A stretch of 64,000 nucleotides of DNA from Candidatus Peregrinibacteria bacterium (GTDB lineage: Bacteria > Patescibacteriota > Gracilibacteria > UBA1369). Each line of letters starts with the position of its first letter. Position 1 is the stretch's first letter. Positions 20,795 to 33,957 of the stretch are shown one piece after another. The notes under the pieces are model-generated. The model made no database searches and was not told the origin of the DNA. It worked only from the letters and a program-made list of their open reading frames with translations. Where the stretch lies: NCBI GenBank assembly GCA_963708185.1, contig OY970195.1, positions 348,004 through 412,003 of the forward strand, in the 5' to 3' direction. The translations under genes and the position numbers were made by a program.

Positions 20795-21763
20795 ATGAAA
20801 CAAGTCCAAGTAGGGATTCTTGATTTCAGTAGTCTCAGCAGGCTTCGATCGGCACGCACCGCTGCCAGTTCGACCCCGCGCGAAGTGAAACTTCTCAAAA
20901 ATACCGCCATCAAGCTGGGGCATATCGCCAAGATTTATAAGGTGGAAAACTGCCAGCTTTATTTCGACAACCGTAAACCGCTTATTCTTTATAAGAACAA
21001 ACCTATTAAAGGTTGCGATGTTCTGATTCCTCGAGTTTCCGTCGCCGGAGATATCGATCTGGAAATTTCCATCGTCAAACAGTTCAAGATGCTCGGTATT
21101 CCCGTGGTGAACGATTATCTCCCCACGGTCCGCGCGAAGAATAAATTAAGGACATTGCAGATTTTAACGCACAGGGGAATTCCTGTGCCAAGAACCCTTG
21201 TGGTTCGTAAATTGGAATTTTTAGATGAAGGCATTCAGAAAGTTGGAGGCTATCCGGTCATCATTAAATCTCCCTTCGGTTCTTACGGGGTGGGGGTTGC
21301 CATTACGGAAAGCCGCAGATCGTTATATTCCTCACTGGATATGGTCTGGAAAACGACTTCCTCAAGTATCATTCTTATCCAGGAGTACGTTGCTGAAGCT
21401 GAAGGAAGCGATTTTCGGGCTTTCGTCATCGGAGGAAAAGTCGTTGCTTCGATGCAGCGTAAGGCTGTGCAGGGTGATTTCCGTTCGAACCTTCATCACG
21501 GCGGTGAAGCCGTGAAAGTGAAACTCAGCACCGAGGAACAGAATCTCGCCATAAGGGCTGCTGAGGCTTTGGGGCTGGATCTTGCGGGAGTCGATCTCTT
21601 ACGGACGAGAAAAGGTCCGGTGGTCATGGAGGTGAACGCCAATCCGGGTTTTGAGGGGTTGATGAAAATTACCGGGGTCGACATTGCGACGGAAATGGTG
21701 AAGTACGCCGTCTCGCTCTACAGGAAACAGCAGGAAGCCATCAAAAAGAAAAAGCGGTCCTGA
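20795..21763 (+). CDS. rimK: RimK-family ATP-grasp ligase (alpha-L-glutamate ligase-like)
   Basis: Carries YPVIIKSPFGSYGVGV, ILIQEYVAEAEGSDFRAFVIGGKVVASMQR, DFRSNLHHGG and AGVDLL...VMEVNANPG. Start taken at MKQVQVGILD. Confidence 0.85.
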   Translation: MKQVQVGILDFSSLSRLRSARTAASSTPREVKLLKNTAIKLGHIAKIYKVENCQLYFDNRKPLILYKNKPIKGCDVLIPRVSVAGDIDLEISIVKQFKMLGIPVVNDYLPTVRAKNKLRTLQILTHRGIPVPRTLVVRKLEFLDEGIQKVGGYPVIIKSPFGSYGVGVAITESRRSLYSSLDMVWKTTSSSIILIQEYVAEAEGSDFRAFVIGGKVVASMQRKAVQGDFRSNLHHGGEAVKVKLSTEEQNLAIRAAEALGLDLAGVDLLRTRKGPVVMEVNANPGFEGLMKITGVDIATEMVKYAVSLYRKQQEAIKKKKRS

Positions 21764-21780
21764 TTTTCGGACATAGCAAA

Positions 21781-21807
21781 AACCCCCATGCAAGATGGGG
21801 GTTTTAT
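21781..21807. terminator. bidirectional intrinsic terminator between rimK and clpP
   Basis: AACCCCCAT, loop GCAAG, ATGGGGGTT, then TTATT. An A-run lies upstream. Confidence 0.6.
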
Positions 21808-21823
21808 TGTTGTGAATGAATGC

Positions 21824-22447
21824 TTAGCGTTTGGTGATGATCTTATCGATCAATCCGTATTTCACTGAATCTTCTGCGGTCATGAAATTGTCGCGGTCGG
21901 TGTCTTTCTCAATGGTCTTCAAGGGCTGTTTGGTATGTTTTGCCAGAATGTTGTTCAAACGTTCTTTGGTCTTGATGATGTGCGTCGCATGGATGAAGAT
22001 ATCACTTGCCTGACCCTCAGCACCTCCCAAAGGCTGGTGAATCATGACTTCAGCGTTCGGAAGAGCGAACCGTTTTCCCGGGGCTCCTCCGGCGAGGAGG
22101 ACGGCGCCCATCGATGCAGCAATGCCGATGCATACGGTCGAAACGTCGCATTGGATGAGCTGCATGGTGTCATAGATAGCCAGGCCCGCCGTGACATGGC
22201 CTCCGGGACTCTGGATATACATGGTGATATCCTTTTTGGGGTTTTCGCTTTCCAGAAAGAGCAGCTGGGCGATGATGCTGTTGGCAACGGTATCATTGAT
22301 GGCGCTGCCAAGGATGATGATGCGTTCTTTGAGGAGTCGAGAATAAATATCGTAAGCACGTTCACCCATATTGGTTTTTTCGATGACGGTGGGGATGAGT
22401 ACGTTGTTTCTGATGGTCTCCACATGCTTGTTCTGGTCTTGTGTCAT
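21824..22447 (-). CDS. clpP: ATP-dependent Clp protease proteolytic subunit
   Basis: 207 aa. Carries [30 protein letters not shown] (catalytic Ser) and MIHQPLGG (His). Confidence 0.95.
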   Translation of the reverse strand: MTQDQNKHVETIRNNVLIPTVIEKTNMGERAYDIYSRLLKERIIILGSAINDTVANSIIAQLLFLESENPKKDITMYIQSPGGHVTAGLAIYDTMQLIQCDVSTVCIGIAASMGAVLLAGGAPGKRFALPNAEVMIHQPLGGAEGQASDIFIHATHIIKTKERLNNILAKHTKQPLKTIEKDTDRDNFMTAEDSVKYGLIDKIITKR

Positions 22448-22491
22448 GCTGTTTTGCTATTAAAGGATGATGCTGTTATTCCACTTTTATT

Positions 22492-22518
22492 TTAGCACAC
22501 TTTGGCCGAGAGTGATAA
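22492..22518. promoter_or_regulatory. CIRCE-like inverted repeat (candidate HrcA operator) upstream of clpP
   Basis: TTAGCACAC-N9-GAGTGATAA compared with the CIRCE consensus TTAGCACTC-N9-GAGTGCTAA, with one mismatch per arm. It lies 45-70 nt upstream of the clpP ATG (22447). Confidence 0.55.
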
Positions 22519-22565
22519 TCTGTAGAGTTGACTAATTTTAGAATCTGGCGGGAAATTATTTGTTT

Positions 22566-23873
22566 TTATTCATTGGAATAACGCAGAAGATAGACGACTC
22601 CGGCTTTGTCGTCGCTGACAAGTATTTGTCCGTCGGGTTTGATGAAGATGTCGACAGGTCTCCCCAGTGCTCCATCTGGGGTCAGCCAACCGGTCATGAA
22701 ATCTTCCGGTGAATCGAACGTTAACGTTTGGTCATTGATGTTTGGATGTGTCTTCATCAAGACAATTTTGTATCCGGTCGGCACGCTGCGGTTCCAGGAA
22801 CCGTGGAAAGTAACGAGAAGGTTTCCACGGTACTCTTCAGGCCATGTGTTTTTTTGGCCGTTCACTGTTTCGGAAACCGGGAAAAAAGCCAACCCCAGCG
22901 GAGCCGAATGGGCTTGCAGATCGATGACGGAAGGGGTTTCAAAAGGTGCTTCGCAAGGATTCCTTATATAGGTGTTGTGGTCGAAGTCGTCGTCGTGAAT
23001 ATTCTGACCATAGCAAATAGGCCAGCCGTAGTTTTTTCCCTCTTCAATCAGATTAATTTCATCGGGCGGAACATTGTTGCCCAGATAATCGCGACCCATT
23101 TCGGTTGCGAAGATTTTTTCAAAGTAAGGATCGTGCGTCATGAAAACCGAATTTCTTAATCCGGTCGCGTAAGGTTTTAATTTCCCCGTTGTCGTATCAA
23201 GAAGCATGATGGTGCCTCTGGTACTGTCCTGTTCCCGGCAGGCGTCGCAATCCGATCCGATGGAAACAAGGAGTTGATCGTTGGAGGGGGGATTTAAGAA
23301 CTGAAGAGTTCTGGTGAAGTGTCTTCCCTCGCCGGAAAGATCAGTGATTTTTTTATCGAACGTCGCTTTCATCTTCTGCGTATCATAAAAGTACCGGGTG
23401 ACCTTGTCGGTCTCTCCTATATAGAGCTGGCAGGTTGAGGAACTGTTCGGGTCCGGACAGTTGAACGCCATACCATGAGGTTTGTTCAGTCCTTTGATGA
23501 CCGTCACGTTGTTGTCCGCGACGCCGTCGCCGTTTGCATCAGGCAGCGCGACGATTTTCCCTTCCGAAGTCACGCTCGTCAGCATGACTCCGTCGGGGGC
23601 TTGGACCAAGACCCTGGGGTCGACGAGGTTTTTTGCGTAAATAGATATGCCGAATCCGTTTGGCGTTTGAAGAGGAGAGTCCGTTGTGGGGGATGTCCGA
23701 TCCGCTTGCTGGCTTTGAGTCGAAGGCAGCGAAGGAATGAGCGTGCTAATGTCCTCAGGGGGATTTTGCAAAGCCGGACCAACCCCTTTCAGGTTTTGCA
23801 GGGAGAAAATGAAGCCCCATACCAGGATGCCGGCGATGATAAGTCCGATGAGTCCGTACGTCATTTTTTTCAT
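22566..23873 (-). CDS. PQQ-dependent sugar (glucose/sorbosone) dehydrogenase family protein, membrane-anchored
   Basis: 435 aa with an N-terminal TM helix. The beta-propeller signatures are PHGMAF, GRHFTR, NYGWPICYG and HSAPLGLAFF. Confidence 0.8.
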   Translation of the reverse strand: MKKMTYGLIGLIIAGILVWGFIFSLQNLKGVGPALQNPPEDISTLIPSLPSTQSQQADRTSPTTDSPLQTPNGFGISIYAKNLVDPRVLVQAPDGVMLTSVTSEGKIVALPDANGDGVADNNVTVIKGLNKPHGMAFNCPDPNSSSTCQLYIGETDKVTRYFYDTQKMKATFDKKITDLSGEGRHFTRTLQFLNPPSNDQLLVSIGSDCDACREQDSTRGTIMLLDTTTGKLKPYATGLRNSVFMTHDPYFEKIFATEMGRDYLGNNVPPDEINLIEEGKNYGWPICYGQNIHDDDFDHNTYIRNPCEAPFETPSVIDLQAHSAPLGLAFFPVSETVNGQKNTWPEEYRGNLLVTFHGSWNRSVPTGYKIVLMKTHPNINDQTLTFDSPEDFMTGWLTPDGALGRPVDIFIKPDGQILVSDDKAGVVYLLRYSNE

Positions 23874-23997
23874 AAGTTTCCGGAAAGTTTTTTATATTTT
23901 TTATTGTATTTGATATTTGATGAGAAGTGAATTTTGATTTTTCCCGGGTGTGTTTTTTGATGTCTTTGTTTGTCGGTTTCTTTTGGTGAAAAACATA

Positions 23998-24026
23998 TTG
24001 ACTTTGGGAAGGCCTTTCACTAAAAT
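23998..24026 (+). promoter_or_regulatory. candidate 16S rRNA promoter TTGACT-17-TAAAAT
   Basis: TTGACT at 23998-24003 and TAAAAT at 24021-24026, about 225 nt upstream of the 16S 5' end. Confidence 0.55.
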
Positions 24027-24069
24027 TGCTCTGCTTTATGAACGATTCGTTGTTCATTTGGCTTTGGTT

Positions 24070-24081
24070 TGTTCTTTAACA
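24070..24081 (+). promoter_or_regulatory. boxA-like antitermination element in the 16S leader
   Basis: TGTTCTTTAACA(T) compared with the E. coli rrn boxA TGCTCTTTAACAA. It overlaps the start of the 5' arm (24074-24107) of the 16S processing helix. Confidence 0.6.
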
Positions 24082-24250
24082 TCCAGGATGTAGTAGAGAA
24101 GATCTAGCGTTTGTCTTTGGCAAAGACCGTTTCATTTCGTGTCCGTCCCCGGACATGAAAAAACCGGAAACTGGTCAGAGACGTACTAAACTCAAAAATA
24201 AGTCTTCGATTTCTTCATTGAAGTCGGAGCACAGCTTTCATCAAGCTCTT

Positions 24251-25752
<1,502 letters not shown>

Positions 25753-26052
25753 CTAGGAGATATCAGGGAACTTAGGGATTTTTATTTCTAAGCATTTTCC
25801 AGGTCGACCCTCGCTTCGGCGAGGTTTCTAGATCTCTCTCTACTACATTTTGGATGTTAAAGGTACAACCTTTCTTCTTTTCTCTCCTTTATAGGGGTAT
25901 GAAATCTTCCAATAGTTTCAACAGGTCGAGTCAAAACATTGAGGTTTCGGTCCGAGCGCACAGCGCGAGGGCGTAAGCTGTGGCTTTGCTACACGCTGAA
26001 GCGTATCGATAGAAGAAAAACCTTATTTTTCAATTTTAACCCTCTCACACAC

Positions 26053-26322
26053 ATGGAAACTCAACAACTCACCTGCCAGGATTGTGGCAACACTTTTGAT
26101 TTCACTGCAGAAGAACAACAGTTTTTTGCAGAAAAAGGATTTCAGGAACCAAAGCGCTGCCCTAATTGCCGAAAAGCAAAAAAGGAAGCTCATCGTCCTA
26201 CCTTTACGAAGGTAACCTGTTCTGGCTGTGGGATGGAAACCGAGGTCCCGTTCGTACCAAAAGGCGACCGTCCGGTTTACTGCCGTGCTTGTTTTGAAAA
26301 GAACAAAGCAATGTCTGCGTAA
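26053..26322 (+). CDS. zinc-ribbon protein with four CxxC pairs
   Basis: 89 aa from METQQLTCQDCGNTF...RCPNCRKAKK...TCSGCGMETEVPF...VYCRACFEKN. The upstream part of the track ORF lies in the 16S spacer. Confidence 0.75.
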   Translation: METQQLTCQDCGNTFDFTAEEQQFFAEKGFQEPKRCPNCRKAKKEAHRPTFTKVTCSGCGMETEVPFVPKGDRPVYCRACFEKNKAMSA

Positions 26323-26342
26323 TTACTGTTTAGGTAATTTGG

Positions 26343-26374
26343 AAGAGGATGTCTGGAAAGACATCCTCTTTTTT
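26343..26374 (+). terminator. intrinsic terminator downstream of 16S and the zinc-ribbon gene
   Basis: AAGAGGATGTC, loop TGGAAA, GACATCCTCTT, then TTTT. Confidence 0.65.
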
Positions 26375-26386
26375 GTAGAAATTCGT

Positions 26387-26414
26387 TTGCAAATTCCGCG
26401 GCTTTCTTTATAAT
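26387..26414 (+). promoter_or_regulatory. candidate promoter TTGCAA-16-TATAAT for the tRNA-Ala/tRNA-Ile pair
   Basis: TTGCAA at 26387-26392 and TATAAT at 26409-26414, directly after the terminator. Confidence 0.5.
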
Positions 26415-26519
26415 GATCGAGCTGTTTTGACAGTCAGGCTTTGCAAGTCGTCAATGGCTTGCAGGAGCGCAAAGATGTGGGCCCTTAGCACAAGCTAAGG
26501 TCCCACCGTTTACACTCGT

Positions 26520-26596
26520 GGGCCCTTAGCTCAGTTGGCCAGAGCGCCTCGTTTGCACCGAGGAGGTCAAGGGTTCGACTCCCTTAGGGTCCACCA
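26520..26596 (+). tRNA. tRNA-Ala (anticodon TGC), CCA encoded
   Basis: Acceptor GGGCCCT/AGGGTCC with the G3:U70 pair, anticodon loop TTTGCAC, T-loop TTCGACT, 77 nt. Confidence 0.93.
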
Positions 26597-26605
26597 GAAT
26601 ATTGC

Positions 26606-26682
26606 GGGCGAGTAGCTCAGTTGGTTAGAGCGCGTCACTGATAATGACGAGGTCGGAGGTTCAAATCCTCCCCCGCCCACCA
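26606..26682 (+). tRNA. tRNA-Ile (anticodon GAT), CCA encoded
   Basis: GGGCGAGTAGCTCAGTTGGTTAGAGC..., anticodon loop CTGATAA, T-loop TTCAAAT, 77 nt. There is one A:C mismatch in the acceptor stem. Confidence 0.9.
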
Positions 26683-26751
26683 TGATAGAGTTCCCGGGAC
26701 TCTTTTTTGTTTAATGCCTGATCCGGTTTCTGTTACAATGGCTACGATTTA

Positions 26752-27354
26752 ATGTTTTTTATGTCAGGAGAGCTGCTTGCCGCCATCGTTTTTGATCTTA
26801 TCCTCTATGGAACTCTGGCTTGTGCGGCCATCCCTCTGCTGTTTTTTTTGTTGTGGACATTTTTCAACTTTTGGAAAAAATACTATCTTCTTTTTTATTT
26901 TACGGGCATCGTTCTTTTGGCCGCGATTCCTACTGCTTTTTATTTTACGCAGCATTACTGGATTTATCTCTACTATCCTTTCCCCGCATGGGTGCAAATC
27001 ATCGGGCTGATACTTATTATTTTCAGTTATCTTGTCGTGAAACTGGCCCAGGCCTCCATCAGTGTTCCCGTTCGTTTCTTTTTTCCGGTTCTTAAAAATC
27101 ACCCCATTCAATTAAAGACGAAAGGCGTGTATCGATACGTCAGACACCCCATTTATGCGGTGTTTCCTTTGATTGTTATTGGTGGACTTTTGTATACCGG
27201 CGAGCTGGTGCTTTTCCCGGTTTTCTTCCTGGTCCTTGTGACGAGGAAATGGTATGCCGTCAGGGAAGAGGCGTACCTCAAGCAAAACCTTCACGGTGAC
27301 TATGAAAAATATATGAAACAGACTCCCAACCGTTTTTATCCTAAAATTTTTTAA
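26752..27354 (+). CDS. isoprenylcysteine carboxyl / phospholipid methyltransferase-family membrane protein
   Basis: 200 aa with about five TM helices. The C-terminal motif is GVYRYVRHPIYAVFPLIVIGG...EEAYL. Confidence 0.8.
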   Translation: MFFMSGELLAAIVFDLILYGTLACAAIPLLFFLLWTFFNFWKKYYLLFYFTGIVLLAAIPTAFYFTQHYWIYLYYPFPAWVQIIGLILIIFSYLVVKLAQASISVPVRFFFPVLKNHPIQLKTKGVYRYVRHPIYAVFPLIVIGGLLYTGELVLFPVFFLVLVTRKWYAVREEAYLKQNLHGDYEKYMKQTPNRFYPKIF

Positions 27355-27356
27355 GT

Positions 27357-28187
27357 ATGATTTTTTATGCTCTCCATGTTCCGGGTGTTGAAGACGAAAG
27401 ACTTGAACTGCTTCGTGCCGCCTGCAAACGTTTGAAGATTTCTTTCAGGGCGTTGTCGCCGTCCGGATTCGATTTTTCCAGGCCTTCCCCCGTGAGAAAA
27501 GGCGACATTGTCTATAGAATCAGCCGAGGTAAACTGCTTCGGTTTTTTGAGGATTACATCGTCAGGCCCGGTTGTATCACGTTTTATCAAGACGTCATTT
27601 TCCATAAACCGGATCCATTTTTTCTTGAGAAGCATGACATTCCTGTTCCAAAAACCGTTTTTTGTCTCACCAGAGAGAAGAAGCTTTTGATGAACTACGT
27701 GAAGGAGATCGGGGGATTCCCGGTCATTCTCAAAGCCTTGGGTGGAACGCACGGAATGGGGGTCATCAAAATTGACTCTTTTTCAGCGCTCAAAAGTATG
27801 GCGGATTTTTTGTTAGCCCAGGGGAAATTGTTTGTGCTTAAACAGTTTTTACCCGTAAAGACTTCCGCACGTTTTATCGTTCTCGGGGATAAAGTCGTTG
27901 CCTCGATTGAATACGTCGCTCGGGACAATGACTTCCGGACGAATTCAGCCAAAACGCTCACTGTCCGTCCAAAAAAATATTCAAAAGCCCTTGAAGAACT
28001 GGCGGTCAGAGCCACACACGCCATGGGTTGGGAGTTCGGTGGGGTTGATATTCTCATTCATAAAGGTAAACCTTACGTTTCCGAAGTGAATTTTCCCTGC
28101 AATTTTGTACGGGCTCAAAATGCCCTCAATAAGGACGTCGCTCTCCTTATGGTTCAATATCTTCAGGCAAAAGCGAAAAAACTTTAA
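27357..28187 (+). CDS. RimK-like ATP-grasp ligase, second paralog
   Basis: 276 aa. Carries FPVILKALGGTHGMGVIKI, LKQFLPVKTSARFIVLGDKVVASIEY, DFRTNSA and GGVDIL...YVSEVNFP. The start is 2 nt after the stop of the methyltransferase gene. Confidence 0.8.
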   Translation: MIFYALHVPGVEDERLELLRAACKRLKISFRALSPSGFDFSRPSPVRKGDIVYRISRGKLLRFFEDYIVRPGCITFYQDVIFHKPDPFFLEKHDIPVPKTVFCLTREKKLLMNYVKEIGGFPVILKALGGTHGMGVIKIDSFSALKSMADFLLAQGKLFVLKQFLPVKTSARFIVLGDKVVASIEYVARDNDFRTNSAKTLTVRPKKYSKALEELAVRATHAMGWEFGGVDILIHKGKPYVSEVNFPCNFVRAQNALNKDVALLMVQYLQAKAKKL

Positions 28188-29284
28188 AGCAGGTCTCGGG
28201 TTATTTTGTCGATGATAAGGAATCCTTCATCGGTCGGACTCAGGAATCGTCCGTCCAAAACAAGTTCTTTGCTTTCTAGATAGGGTTGCGCCTTTTTGAG
28301 CAATTCGGATGTTTTTTTGAATCTCTTTTTGAATTCGGACGTGTCGATACCGCGTTTTGTTCGCAAACGAAGCATGATGTAATCGAGTTCACGCAGTTCA
28401 GCGTCCATGGGAACCTCTTCGTTCATATCGTCGGGGGTCGACAAATACCGGTCGAAGTCCCTCGTGTTTTCGGTACATTTGTCATTGATATAGGAGTGTG
28501 CGCCGATGCCGAGCCCAACGTACTCTTTTTGGCTCCAGTATCTTAAATTATGTTGGCATTCATAGCCGGGTTTTGCGTAGTTCGAAACTTCATAATGGTT
28601 GTATCCTGCTTTTCTTAAACGCGTGACAAGGTGTTCGTACATGGCGACCTGTACGTCGTCGTTGGGGCAGTCCGCTTTGAAAAGATCGATCTTTTTCGTG
28701 TCATAGGACAAGAAATAAAAAGAAAGGTGGGGGATATTGAGATCGAGGATTGTTGAGAGCTGGGTCTTGAAGTGTTGGAGCGTCTGGTGGGGGAGTCCGA
28801 GGATGAAGTCCGCACCGTAATTTTTCATGGGGGAACTGCGGATGGCATCAAGGGCTTTGAAGATGGTTTTGTCATCATGCGGACGGGCGATGCGGAAAAG
28901 AATTTTTTTGTCGAAATTCTGGATGCCGAGGGAGACGCGGGTTACTCCAGCTTGGTGATAGATCCTAAGTTTTTTTTCGTCGATGCTTTCCGGGTTGCAT
29001 TCAATGGAGATTTCCGGTTTTTTTTGTATGTTAAAGCTGTGCCTGATGCATTGAAGGATATCCTCGATATAATGAGCTTCGATCAAACTCGGCGTTCCGC
29101 CACCGAAGTACAAGGTTTCGACCTGGTAATCCCGGAGTTCTTTAGACTTCAGCCCTATCTCTTTTTTGAGCGCTTCGACGTAATCAGGTATGAATTTGTT
29201 TTTATGGGCGAACGTCAGGAAATTACAATAGAGACAGATTGTTTTGCAAAAGGGGATATGGATGTAGAGAGAAAGGTCTTTCAT
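28184..29284 (-). CDS. hemW: radical SAM heme chaperone HemW / HemN-like oxygen-independent coproporphyrinogen oxidase family
   Basis: 366 aa. Carries LYIHIPFCKTICLYCNF (CxxxCxxC) and YFGGGTPS, with a HemN_C-like tail. Confidence 0.9.
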   Translation of the reverse strand: MKDLSLYIHIPFCKTICLYCNFLTFAHKNKFIPDYVEALKKEIGLKSKELRDYQVETLYFGGGTPSLIEAHYIEDILQCIRHSFNIQKKPEISIECNPESIDEKKLRIYHQAGVTRVSLGIQNFDKKILFRIARPHDDKTIFKALDAIRSSPMKNYGADFILGLPHQTLQHFKTQLSTILDLNIPHLSFYFLSYDTKKIDLFKADCPNDDVQVAMYEHLVTRLRKAGYNHYEVSNYAKPGYECQHNLRYWSQKEYVGLGIGAHSYINDKCTENTRDFDRYLSTPDDMNEEVPMDAELRELDYIMLRLRTKRGIDTSEFKKRFKKTSELLKKAQPYLESKELVLDGRFLSPTDEGFLIIDKITRDLL

Positions 29285-29351
29285 GGTTGGTTCGATTGGA
29301 TTGAAGCCGTTTTTATGCTATAATGATAGAAAGTTAACACACCTTCATAAT

Positions 29352-29603
29352 ATGGATCGTATTTTTGCAGCAGTCATCGGGATTCCCCTGGGGTTCCTCA
29401 TGATGATCTACAGGTATCACCTTAAACAGTTTACAGGTCCTATTCAATGGGCAGAACAATATTTGGGGTCCGGAGGAACCTATAATCTTTTCATCATTGT
29501 CGGTTTGTTGATTTCGATCGTTTCACTCATGTACGCTTTGGGTACGATTCAGGATCTTTTTACCAGCGGATTGGGTCCTATTTTCGGTGTCGGACAGAGC
29601 TAA
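29352..29603 (+). CDS. small membrane protein, hypothetical
   Basis: 83 aa from MDRIFAAVIGIPLGFLMMIY, with two predicted TM helices. Confidence 0.5.
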   Translation: MDRIFAAVIGIPLGFLMMIYRYHLKQFTGPIQWAEQYLGSGGTYNLFIIVGLLISIVSLMYALGTIQDLFTSGLGPIFGVGQS

Positions 29604-29634
29604 AACCCTTCAGGAGAATTTCGTTAAAAATTTC

Positions 29635-29663
29635 TTGACTTCAGGTGACTGCTTACTTATAAT
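29635..29663 (+). promoter_or_regulatory. consensus promoter TTGACT-17-TATAAT for 23S-5S rRNA
   Basis: TTGACT at 29635-29640 and TATAAT at 29658-29663, about 280 nt upstream of 23S. Confidence 0.6.
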
Positions 29664-29802
29664 GCAGTGGCCTCAATTTGAGATTGAGATTTACTGAATG
29701 GTTTTTACCTCACAAATTTCGCCCATATCCCTAAGCTTAAAGTGCTGATTTCACTTGGTCAGGACTTTGAGTTGAGGGGTGTGTGCGAACACATCCCTTT
29801 TT

Positions 29803-29815
29803 TGTTCTTTAACAA
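29803..29815 (+). promoter_or_regulatory. boxA antitermination element in the 23S leader
   Basis: TGTTCTTTAACAA matches E. coli rrn boxA TGCTCTTTAACAA at 12 of 13 positions. It is preceded by a boxB-like hairpin at 29776-29797 and a T-run. Confidence 0.6.
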
Positions 29816-29939
29816 TTGGGCCTCAAAAGAATGATTGATAAATCAATCTGTAATTTCATTTGAGAGTTATTCAATAAACAATAGTATCATACTCAATATT
29901 AGCTGCGAGTATTCACTCACAGCTAGTTAAATGGATGAT

Positions 29940-33057
<3,118 letters not shown>

Positions 33058-33239
33058 GATTTCATCTTTATGTACATCTGTCAGTACTTAGTCCCGCGTT
33101 AAAACGGGATTGAGTACTGACAATCATGTACTCGTTTAACTAGCTTTGAGTGCAGACAAGCTAGAGAAATTACAGACATTTATCATTCAGTCTGCGAGGC
33201 CCTTGTTAAAACATTCAGGCCAGTGCTAAAAGGCACTGT

Positions 33240-33354
33240 CTTGGCAGCTCTAGAGAGTGGGTCACACCTGTTCCCATCCCGAACACAGCAGTTAAGCCAC
33301 TCTTCGCCGATGATACTCATAGTATAACTAAGGGGAAAGTAGGGCGCTGCCAGG
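33240..33354 (+). rRNA. rrf: 5S ribosomal RNA
   Basis: CTTGGCAGC...CCTGTTCCCATCCCGAACACAGCAGTTAAGCC...GTAGGGCGCTGCCAGG. The terminal helix is extended by flanking CACTGTC/GACAGTG and followed by TTTTT, which may be a terminator. Confidence 0.9.
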
Positions 33355-33377
33355 ACAGTGCTTTTTAAATTGACTTT

Positions 33378-33944
33378 CTAAGCGTTCCCACCCACGGTTG
33401 CTGCTTCAATAATGCGTTTTTCACAGACTTGCTGGATGGCGTCGCAATTGGCGACATCAGTGACGACGATGGGTTTGACCACGTCATCGGGTTTGGGGGT
33501 CAGTTCAACGGTACCTTTTTTTCCGTCGGAGGTGCGGGAGATGCTTTCATGGAAATGTTTCCAGGGAACACTGTTCACTTTTTGTTTTTGGAGAAGGGCG
33601 ATTCTTTTGTCCGTTCCCACAAACCAAACCTGGTTCCAGAAAATCGCTTTCAGGGAATCGATCATGACGATGATCGCCAGGATGAAAAGCAGCGCAAAAA
33701 TGACGATGACCAAGGACCTGGGGAGCCCGAGGTCGAAGTTGATGCTCTCTCCCACGAAAATATAGTTGGTAAGCGTACCTCCGAAAGCAAGGATGACCGT
33801 CACGAAAACGAGTGAGACTATCAACATCAAGACCCCAAGCACCAGCGGGATTTTTCGTTTTGCCTTCACGGCGAAATCGATTTTTTCGTTCGGAAAAAGA
33901 GCTCGTAAGTTACCGGCAATTTGCGGATCGATAAGTTCGGCCAT
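33378..33944 (-). CDS. membrane protein with two TM helices and a PH-like (bPH/YdbS-like) C-terminal domain, hypothetical
   Basis: 188 aa. The TM helices are IPLVLGVLMLIVSLVFVTVILAF and LVIVIFALLFILAIIVMI, followed by WFVGTDKRIALLQ... The start is 13 nt after the upstream gene's stop. Confidence 0.6.
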   Translation of the reverse strand: MAELIDPQIAGNLRALFPNEKIDFAVKAKRKIPLVLGVLMLIVSLVFVTVILAFGGTLTNYIFVGESINFDLGLPRSLVIVIFALLFILAIIVMIDSLKAIFWNQVWFVGTDKRIALLQKQKVNSVPWKHFHESISRTSDGKKGTVELTPKPDDVVKPIVVTDVANCDAIQQVCEKRIIEAATVGGNA

Positions 33945-33957
33945 TCGACTGTGGATT

